Positions 6,396 to 12,368 of a stretch of 12,736 nt of DNA are shown in pieces. The stretch lies in the IMG/VR virus record IMGVR_UViG_3300045988_046651; one strand, given 5' to 3'. Each line of letters opens with the position of its first letter. The first letter of the stretch is position 1. The position numbers and the translations under genes were made by a program. The notes beneath the pieces were generated by a model, which saw nothing but the letters and a program-made list of their open reading frames with translations, was not told the DNA's origin and searched no databases. The DNA comes from a virus.

Positions 6396-7776
6396 AATGC
6401 ATTCCTCCTTCCATGTAAGATTTGATCATGTCGATTTCGCCGGAAGTGGCAGGGATTTCCAATTCAGTATCCACCGTTTGCAGAAAGCCGGACAGAGTGT
6501 TGATCTTCCGTCTTGCACAAAGAGGCCGGCCGAGCCGCTCGTTATCTTCTGCGGCGATGGTGATGAATTGGCAGATGATCCTCGGCATAATGTAATAGTC
6601 AGCTATTGAACCATTCGATCCGCTTGTGCGCATTTGCGGAACCAGGCTGTCAATCGCATTGCTGATTCCGGATAGGCCGCCGGTGAGCAATGATGCTCCG
6701 CCCGAAGCAATGGCGGCTCCTACGGTTTGAATCGCTTGCACAGCAGCACCCTTATAATCAACCGCGATTTGCGCCAGAGAAATATCAACGCCGATCTTCC
6801 CGCTCGCATACGCCAGCGTTCCGCCTCCCGGAGATGTAACTTGCAATATGGCATACCCAGTGACTAAATCGACCTGCATATTAGCGTTGACAGTTCGATT
6901 CGATGTGTCAGGAAGCGCAGAAGCATCGAGCGGGACATCTCCGAATGTTCCATAGATCAAAGAATATCTGGAATATGGGGACTTGTTCAGATATGTTCCT
7001 CTCGACAACTGCGGATGGTTCGGTAGTGCAAATTCGGTATTAACGATGTGAATCGGGTTCGCAGGAAGCTTATAACACTGTGTTGTGAGCTGCCACCATC
7101 CAAAATCAATATATTGCTGCGCAGTTCCTTTTGAAATGGTAAAAGGGAACCATTGACAATACACGATGTATTGGAGCGGGTTAAACTGCGTTTTGAACGT
7201 AGAAATTTCACTTTCTGTAACATTATATATTGACGTATCCCCGTACAGCTTTTTTCCAAATGCATCAAATTGGGTTGGCGTCATAATATAATAGCTGACT
7301 GCTCCCATCGACCCGGACTTCCCAACAATTCCGATAACATACTCGCCGGATCCCAATTCGTGCGCAAATGGATTTTCAGAAGGAATAGCGCTATCCCAGG
7401 TTGAAGCACTGGTAGCCGGGTACATACTATCTTGTACGGTTGGATTACTTTCGCTTGACGATCTAAGAACATACTGAAATGTGTTCCCGATCTCCTCTTT
7501 CCAGCTCGCCAGCGGATCAATAGAAAGGGTTGCTACCCATTGCCCGCGGTTTACAGTCCAGTCTGACACCCAGTAATAGCGGTTATACTCTGCAATATAT
7601 GCATAGTTGGCCCCGGTGGGGTTGGCCTGCGGTCCTACATTGAGCAGGATCACAGGCCGCAGGATGCTGCAGGCATCCAGCATACGGCATTCGTATTCTG
7701 CCATAGGCTCCCCGGTCGGCAGTGCGGTGCTGTTGACAGCTTTGGAGACGCTGTAAAATTTTACGGTTAGTGCCAT
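6388..7776 (-). CDS. Tail knob / distal tail tube protein (phi29 gp9-like), 462 aa
   Basis: AGGAGG SD. Lies between capsid and portal as in phi29. The N-terminal signature ANYAYIAEYNRYYWVSDW...LSIDPLASW is typical of picovirus tail proteins as I recall them. A Gly/Ala-rich hydrophobic segment sits near the C-terminus. Confidence 0.6.
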   Translation of the reverse strand: MALTVKFYSVSKAVNSTALPTGEPMAEYECRMLDACSILRPVILLNVGPQANPTGANYAYIAEYNRYYWVSDWTVNRGQWVATLSIDPLASWKEEIGNTFQYVLRSSSESNPTVQDSMYPATSASTWDSAIPSENPFAHELGSGEYVIGIVGKSGSMGAVSYYIMTPTQFDAFGKKLYGDTSIYNVTESEISTFKTQFNPLQYIVYCQWFPFTISKGTAQQYIDFGWWQLTTQCYKLPANPIHIVNTEFALPNHPQLSRGTYLNKSPYSRYSLIYGTFGDVPLDASALPDTSNRTVNANMQVDLVTGYAILQVTSPGGGTLAYASGKIGVDISLAQIAVDYKGAAVQAIQTVGAAIASGGASLLTGGLSGISNAIDSLVPQMRTSGSNGSIADYYIMPRIICQFITIAAEDNERLGRPLCARRKINTLSGFLQTVDTELEIPATSGEIDMIKSYMEGGMHFD

Positions 7777-7795
7777 GCCCGCACCTCCTTATTGG

Positions 7796-9007
7796 TTAGT
7801 CAAGCAGCAGTACAACTGCCTTTTCGGTGAGATCACTCCAGCTGCGCTGCGTCTCGTGGATCCACATGGTAGTGTAACCGCCACGGGCATTGAAAGGTGC
7901 AGGATTGGCCCACTGCTGCATAGTGGTGTAGCCGAGGGCTTCTTCATCAAAGATGATGCCGAAGATACCAGCCTGCTCTACCGCGGTTTCGGGGGTAACC
8001 AGAGCGCCATTAGTGCCAATGTAGACAGGCTTCACCTTGATGCTGTCGGGGGTTTCGATGCTCTGCCAGAAGTTAACCGTTTCATTGTCCGCGAAGCGGA
8101 GGAAGTTATCGTGGTAGGTGTCCGCGATCGCCATGGTCTCGGTCTGGAATCTTGCGGGAGCATACAGATAAACTTTCTGCCGATCCAGAGGAGTATGCCG
8201 CAGAATATGCATTTCGTTTACAACAGTCTGGAACATCTCGCTTCTCTCGGTCATCAGGGCCGAAATGGAAGAAATGCGCGCGAATACCCATTGCATAAAC
8301 GGTTTGAAATTCGCGGGCTGATAGACGGTCTGGGCGGTGAGATCTTTAAGACCGGTAAGGGCCTTATATTCGCTCAGCAGATGCACAATGCGGCCTGCCT
8401 GGGCTTCATTACAGATTGCGCCAATATGGTTGGCGATGGTGGCGCGGGCGATGTTCTCGCGGACCTGCTCCAGCTTGTCGGTGACATTCTGAGTTACCAT
8501 TGTAATGAAGCGGCTGAATTCGTCAGGGGTAGTGAACGCGCAATCCAGCTGATCCTTGTAGATGGTGTAATAGTCCTCATAGACATTAGCACCGTAAAAG
8601 TTGGTTTCAAGGATCTTAGGCTTGCGCTGGATCTGCTGATCAACTGCCTTGCCGTCACCATTAGGAGGGGTTTGGCCGGTAGTGTATGCGACCGGGTACT
8701 GATAGCGGTCGTCATTTACCAGATCGCTGTCTGCGATTGACAGCTTGCGAACACGATTCCCGAACCGGATCTGATCCACTTCGATTCCGCCAAATTTACG
8801 CCGGTAGGGACGGATCGAAAAGATAGTGCGGGAAAGCACTTGAGAAATCGCGTTCATCAGCGGGTCGTAGCCGGTTTTGAGCGCGGTCTGCGCCGAAGTG
8901 ATAAAGCTCGCGCTGTCTACCGGCGCGATGGTGGATTTCCCGGTTGCCTGGCTCTGAATCTCATTCAGAATTGCCGAAGCCTGGGTAAAAGTAAGATCAT
9001 TTGCCAT
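7796..9007 (-). CDS. Major capsid protein, 403 aa
   Basis: Its ATG overlaps the stop of the upstream gene (TAATG). Size and position fit (scaffold-capsid-tail). The N-terminal pattern FITSAQTALKTGYDPLMNAISQVLSRTIFSIRPY resembles picovirus major head proteins. This needs HHpred confirmation. Confidence 0.75.
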   Translation of the reverse strand: MANDLTFTQASAILNEIQSQATGKSTIAPVDSASFITSAQTALKTGYDPLMNAISQVLSRTIFSIRPYRRKFGGIEVDQIRFGNRVRKLSIADSDLVNDDRYQYPVAYTTGQTPPNGDGKAVDQQIQRKPKILETNFYGANVYEDYYTIYKDQLDCAFTTPDEFSRFITMVTQNVTDKLEQVRENIARATIANHIGAICNEAQAGRIVHLLSEYKALTGLKDLTAQTVYQPANFKPFMQWVFARISSISALMTERSEMFQTVVNEMHILRHTPLDRQKVYLYAPARFQTETMAIADTYHDNFLRFADNETVNFWQSIETPDSIKVKPVYIGTNGALVTPETAVEQAGIFGIIFDEEALGYTTMQQWANPAPFNARGGYTTMWIHETQRSWSDLTEKAVVLLLD

Positions 9008-9351
9008 TAGGTTTTAACCTCCTTAATAGAATATGGTGTGCCGCTTTGTTTCTGCGGCGGATTGATTATGGATGCCAGGATGTCGTCAACAGATTCCTGG
9101 GGCGGCTGCTGTGCCTGCTGCAAGTTTGCCTTTACAATAGCATCGTTCAGCTTTGCAAACTCCGCGGCCAGCATTTGAGAAAGATCCTCGATGCCCTGCG
9201 GCTTAGGCGGTTCCGGCTCTTCCGGAGCGGGCGTAGGTTCCGGTGCCGGAGTAGGTGCCGGTGCTGGCGTAGGCGCCGGGGCCTGCATTGCCGCGATCTG
9301 ATCTCTTGTGTAGCCAGCTTTCACCAGCAAAATGATATCCTCATAATTCAT
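9007..9351 (-). CDS. Putative scaffolding protein with Pro-rich linker, 114 aa
   Basis: AGGAGGG SD. Immediately upstream of the capsid gene and translationally coupled to it. Small and acidic/helical at the C-terminus. Contains an (APAPTP)-type repeat. The call is by synteny only. Confidence 0.45.
   Translation of the reverse strand: MNYEDIILLVKAGYTRDQIAAMQAPAPTPAPAPTPAPEPTPAPEEPEPPKPQGIEDLSQMLAAEFAKLNDAIVKANLQQAQQPPQESVDDILASIINPPQKQSGTPYSIKEVKT
9230..9283. repeat. Three imperfect 18-nt tandem repeats inside the putative scaffold gene
   Basis: ggcgtaggttccggtgcc / ggagtaggtgccggtgct / ggcgtaggcgccggggcc. On the - strand they encode APAPTP-APAPTP-APEPTP. Confidence 0.85.
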
Positions 9352-10054
9352 TGATTTTGCCCTCCTTAATAATTACCGGATAGCCAATGGCGGACAACTC
9401 ATCGGTCATCTTCTGCGCGTTCTCTTTGGAGCGGAAAGCACCAACCTGGACGCGATATATAATATCGGTCTTTTCAGCCAGCTTTGCCGCTACTCTCGAT
9501 CTGAATTTGTCCATGTTTTCCCCGAAACCAAAGAAATAAGATTCTGGATCTCCGTGGTTTGATGCGTAGCCGGCCGCGGCCGCTTCCTTGTGGGAGGTGA
9601 TCTTGTCCACAGAAAAACCGTACTTGCGGCAAAGATCCGCGACAAGCTCCACCAGATAAGCATAACCGGTATGGAAATACTGCGAATCTGTCATATCGCT
9701 TTCGCAGAATTCAATCTGGATGTATGCCGTAGGCGGATAGTTATAGGATCCTTTCTTTCCGGCTCCACAGCCCCAACAGGCGATATTAAGAGGAAGCACT
9801 TCGCAAGCCGCCATATGGCCCGCTTTATCCAGCCCAACAAAAATATGGGGGCTTTTCTTGATTCCGGGTTGGTTCCAGTGATTCCCATACTTGTTTTCAC
9901 CAAGGAGATCCGGAGCATCTACATAGCGCCGCAAATTGGGATTTGCTGCCCCGGTGCTATGTACCAATATCCCTGCCGGCTCGATGGGGATCTGATTTGC
10001 AGGAATGCTTAAAATTTCGTGCTTGGTGTGGTGGGTGATGTAGTAATTGATCAT
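9341..10054 (-). CDS. Endolysin: N-acetylmuramoyl-L-alanine amidase (LytA-type Amidase_2) with one C-terminal SPOR-like repeat, 237 aa
   Basis: ILVHSTGAANP, IQIEFCES and ITSHKEA...SNHGDPESYF parallel pneumococcal LytA (VHAHSTGNP, VELIESH, THEY...HSDHVDPYPY; recalled). The C-terminal YRVQVGAFRSKENAQKMTDELSAIGYPVIIKE matches one SPOR repeat of CwlC type. ATGA overlap with the holin. Confidence 0.88.
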   Translation of the reverse strand: MINYYITHHTKHEILSIPANQIPIEPAGILVHSTGAANPNLRRYVDAPDLLGENKYGNHWNQPGIKKSPHIFVGLDKAGHMAACEVLPLNIACWGCGAGKKGSYNYPPTAYIQIEFCESDMTDSQYFHTGYAYLVELVADLCRKYGFSVDKITSHKEAAAAGYASNHGDPESYFFGFGENMDKFRSRVAAKLAEKTDIIYRVQVGAFRSKENAQKMTDELSAIGYPVIIKEGKINEL

Positions 10055-10239
10055 TTCGGTTCCATCCTCTCCACCAGCTTCGTCATAACAACAGTATTGT
10101 TGTTAATGGCTTCCACGAATTTGTCAGATTCCAGCTTGTGATCTTCACGCTCTTTGTTAAGCATCCAGAACATTGCCACCAGGCACGCCACGGGAACTCC
10201 CAAATTGCTGACGATCTGAACGATTGCGGTTACATCCAT
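10051..10239 (-). CDS. Holin-like protein, BhlA/UviB-type architecture, 62 aa
   Basis: AGGAGG SD 7 nt upstream. Has a single N-terminal hydrophobic helix (VPVACLVAMFWML), then KERE and a charged helical tail, like BhlA. Directly upstream of the endolysin and overlapping it. Confidence 0.72.
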   Translation of the reverse strand: MDVTAIVQIVSNLGVPVACLVAMFWMLNKEREDHKLESDKFVEAINNNTVVMTKLVERMEPK

Positions 10240-10263
10240 GAATACACCTCCTTAAATTTAAGA

Positions 10264-10342
10264 ATAGAGACCCCCATTCAGTCCGCTGCACGGCGGAATG
10301 GGCAGGCTTCCGGCCTTGTGCATAGCCCTTGGGGGTCTCTAT
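10264..10342 (-). ncRNA. 79-nt GC-rich structured RNA element (leader or small RNA) with three-way-junction potential
   Basis: A perfect 12-bp closing stem joins 10342-10331 (AUAGAGACCCCC) to 10275-10264 (GGGGGUCUCUAU). Inner helices are GGGC/GCCC (10328-10325 with 10303-10300), AGGC/GCCU (10316-10313 with 10307-10304, loop CGGAA) and CCGC/GCGG (10296-10293 with 10286-10283). It lies in the only sizeable intergenic gap of the right arm. Confidence 0.6.
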
Positions 10343-10346
10343 GTTC

Positions 10347-10374
10347 ATTATAACACGATGATTTTCTTTGTCAA
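10347..10374 (-). promoter_or_regulatory. Perfect-consensus sigma-A promoter for the lysis and structural operon
   Basis: On the - strand: TTGACA (10374-10369), 16-nt spacer ending TGT (extended -10 TGn), TATAAT (10352-10347). The -10 overlaps the ATPase stop codon. The predicted start is near 10340, at the base of the structured element. Confidence 0.7.
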
Positions 10375-11364
10375 ATATTCTTTGACAAGATAATCCTCGC
10401 AGTATAATTCCCCACTTAGATACTTCCGAAGGATCCAGCCATACTTAAGGCGAAAGCGCTTAATATCAATATCATCTCCTGTATAAGTTTCCGGGCTGCC
10501 GGATGTATGAAATGTGGCGTACAATGTTCCGTCGCTCTTGTGGGAATAAATGCAGACTTCACCAACCTTAACAATAGAAATATACTCCCGGAGTGGCTTT
10601 GATCGAATGTACGCTGCGTCATCCTCTCGGAAAGAATTATTTAATGCCATCTCATTAAATCGGCTGTCCTTTGCTGTGGCCTTGTATAACGCAGTATTTG
10701 CTTTCTGTGCGCTTATATGGCTGTCACTTAGAATATATATCCCTATTCCTCGATCTCGAAGCAGAGACATAGTTCTCCCTGTCTGCTGCATCCTCATGGC
10801 CCGGCTGACAAGCCCCAACTCCATAAAGATCGGGTTGCCAAGATCGTTGGCATTTGCCAGGCATAGCGTTTGTATAGGTTTATAGCCCTGCAATTCCCTG
10901 TTACGGTTCATTGTCTCATAGGCATTCAGAAAAGCTGCTCCCTCATTTTTGATTGGCCGCTCATGCCGTTCCGGGATGAATTCATCGAAAATCCACAGCT
11001 GCACATCTGAAGCATCAAAGCCGCGCAAATTGGACATTGTGGAAAGGGCCGAAGCATAGCCGATGGGATCTCCGCTATCATCCGCATAGAAACCAGTATT
11101 GTACTTGGTGATCTTCGAAGCGGTAATATCTACACCCAGATCCCGATTAATTGGCTTGAATGGGCTGAATTCGTTTTTTGTTACAATGTCTATCTGCGCC
11201 TGTGTGCGGCGCGTCAGCATGAATTTAATATGATCCTCGACCACAACTTTCAGCGCTCCATAGGTCTTGCCGGTTCCGCGTCCGCCCACCAGGAAGTTGA
11301 ACGGTAGGCTCTGTGCAAGGATCCATCGAATATCAACATAGCCGTTAGGCAGATATAAGCCCAT
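10348..11364 (-). CDS. DNA packaging (encapsidation) ATPase, phi29 gp16-type, 338 aa
   Basis: Walker A is GGRGTGKT (nt 11263-11286) and Walker B-like is LWIFDEF. Size is close to gp16. TAATG overlap with the upstream methyltransferase. Confidence 0.9.
   Translation of the reverse strand: MGLYLPNGYVDIRWILAQSLPFNFLVGGRGTGKTYGALKVVVEDHIKFMLTRRTQAQIDIVTKNEFSPFKPINRDLGVDITASKITKYNTGFYADDSGDPIGYASALSTMSNLRGFDASDVQLWIFDEFIPERHERPIKNEGAAFLNAYETMNRNRELQGYKPIQTLCLANANDLGNPIFMELGLVSRAMRMQQTGRTMSLLRDRGIGIYILSDSHISAQKANTALYKATAKDSRFNEMALNNSFREDDAAYIRSKPLREYISIVKVGEVCIYSHKSDGTLYATFHTSGSPETYTGDDIDIKRFRLKYGWILRKYLSGELYCEDYLVKEYLTKKIIVL
10382..10408 (+). promoter_or_regulatory. Perfect-hexamer divergent (antisense) promoter
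   Basis: On the + strand: TTGACA (10382-10387), 15-nt spacer, TATAAT (10403-10408). It points antisense into the ATPase gene. Its -35 box is the inverted-repeat partner of the - strand -35 box. Confidence 0.45.
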
Positions 11365-11792
11365 TAAATCACCGCCTTTAGAATTTCCGGACGATAGATA
11401 ACAAGCATTGACGGGAATGGTGCCGAGTTTGTACTACCATTAAAATGCAAACGGCCCCTAATAAATCTAATTTCCGCTCTATTTAATACCCAGTCATGGA
11501 ACCATTTTGTATCGGTTCGCGCAGGAACTAAACAAACAACGATTGCTGATGCTTCAGCTGCTTTTTTCATCCATTTTCCTATACCTCTACCATACGGAGG
11601 ATTGCACCAACAAACGCCAACCCATTCCTGCTTTAGACCGTCCATTTCTGGTGTAAAAAATTTTTCACATTTTGCATTATCTTTAGTTGCGCAAACATCT
11701 ACTGTAAAATGAAATTCAGCATTTAGATTGTCAAAAAGTTCTTGCGGAGTTTCCCACATTTCACTTTTACTTGAAAACAAAATATTATTCAT
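11364..11792 (-). CDS. Phage-type DNA N6-adenine methyltransferase (Dam family, small T1/HP1-like type), 142 aa
   Basis: WETPQELF, FTVDVCA, the catalytic NPPYG, LVPARTDTKWFH, IRFIRGRLHF and APFPSMLVIY follow the order of the phage Dam (Pfam Dam-like) family signature. Confidence 0.9.
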   Translation of the reverse strand: MNNILFSSKSEMWETPQELFDNLNAEFHFTVDVCATKDNAKCEKFFTPEMDGLKQEWVGVCWCNPPYGRGIGKWMKKAAEASAIVVCLVPARTDTKWFHDWVLNRAEIRFIRGRLHFNGSTNSAPFPSMLVIYRPEILKAVI

Positions 11793-11810
11793 AATACCTC
11801 CTAAAGAGAT

Positions 11811-11828
11811 GGGAGCCGTCAGGCTCCC
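11811..11828 (-). terminator. Hairpin between the SSB and methyltransferase genes (weak terminator/attenuator or processing site)
   Basis: On the - strand: GGGAGCC-UGAC-GGCUCCC followed by AUCUCUUU. It is located between the stop of 11837-12214 and the SD of the methyltransferase. Confidence 0.4.
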
Positions 11829-11836
11829 AATGTAAA

Positions 11837-12214
11837 TTAGAACGGAATATCATTGTCACTGTCAGGATCGGCCCATTCCTGTACTACAATAACCGGGGTT
11901 TTAACTTCCTCATCATCCTTGGTTGTGAAGGTCTCGAAGGTGAGGAAAGCACGGGAAATGTCAATCTCGAAATTCATTCCGTCATCAGCTTCTGGCGCAT
12001 CACCCTTCATAAAACGGACATTGAAATAAAGATTCGACCAGTTTCCATCCTCGTCCTTTACACCCAGAGATGTGGAGAACTTGAGGAAGGAAGCGGGCTT
12101 TCCGCCCTTCTTGTACTTCACCTCCTGCGCGTAAACGCGCATTCTGCCATTCAAATTACTGCTCCAGTAATTCACCTTTTCGGGCTGCTTTTTGCTTTGC
12201 TTCTTGATTGCCAT
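11837..12214 (-). CDS. SSB-like single-stranded DNA-binding protein with bacterial-type acidic C-terminal tip, 125 aa
   Basis: AGGAGG SD. Alternating beta-like core. The C-terminus ADPDSDNDIPF matches the D-D-D-(I/L)-P-F tip of bacterial SSBs. Sits in the early position next to replication genes. Confidence 0.65.
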   Translation of the reverse strand: MAIKKQSKKQPEKVNYWSSNLNGRMRVYAQEVKYKKGGKPASFLKFSTSLGVKDEDGNWSNLYFNVRFMKGDAPEADDGMNFEIDISRAFLTFETFTTKDDEEVKTPVIVVQEWADPDSDNDIPF

Positions 12215-12234
12215 TTTGAATACCTCCTATAAAT

Positions 12235-12366
12235 TTAGGCCGGAAGGGCCTTATTAGCTTCATCGTACAGGCCCAGCAGATGGATATATAACCGGGCCTT
12301 GTCATAGTCTGCGGCCTTGAGGGCCTCGCAAATTTGATACTGAATGCGTCTGCGTTCTTTAGTCAT
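12235..12366 (-). CDS. Unannotated small ORF, 43 aa (MTKERRRIQYQICEALKAADYDKARLYIHLLGLYDEANKALPA)
   Basis: Below the 60-aa cutoff of the ORF track. ATG at 12364-12366 with GAGGAGG 7 nt upstream. It fills the gap between flanking genes exactly. Predicted helical with a basic N-terminus. Confidence 0.5.
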   Translation of the reverse strand: MTKERRRIQYQICEALKAADYDKARLYIHLLGLYDEANKALPA

Positions 12367-12368
12367 GG

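Noticed and set aside
7775-8740. A 321-aa + strand ORF antisense to the capsid gene, preceded by a promoter-like TTGACA (7733-7738), 15 nt, TAAAAT (7754-7759).
   Set aside because: No Shine-Dalgarno precedes its ATG, whereas nearly every credible gene here has a strong one. Its Gly/Leu/Val/Arg/Asp-rich composition is typical of the stop-free antisense frame of a real gene. The opposite strand carries a well-supported capsid gene. The promoter-like element has a short spacer and an imperfect -10.
10264-10342. Whether the 79-nt structured element is a tRNA.
   Set aside because: The closing helix is 12 bp rather than a 7-bp acceptor stem. There is no GTTCGAAT-like T-loop or D-loop signature on either strand. 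The arm lengths do not fit a cloverleaf.
3310-10885. Other track ORFs that are either + strand antisense or nested - strand out-of-frame. Examples: 3310-3825, 3677-3934, 4468-4869, 5036-5548, 5516-5920, 9001-9354, 9590-10012, 10157-10348, 10416-10622 and 10550-10885.
   Set aside because: Each overlaps a better-supported, SD-preceded gene. None has a convincing SD. The ORF at 10550-10885 lies downstream of the antisense promoter at 10382-10408, but it has only a weak GGGAA upstream and a hydrophobic, nonsense-like sequence.
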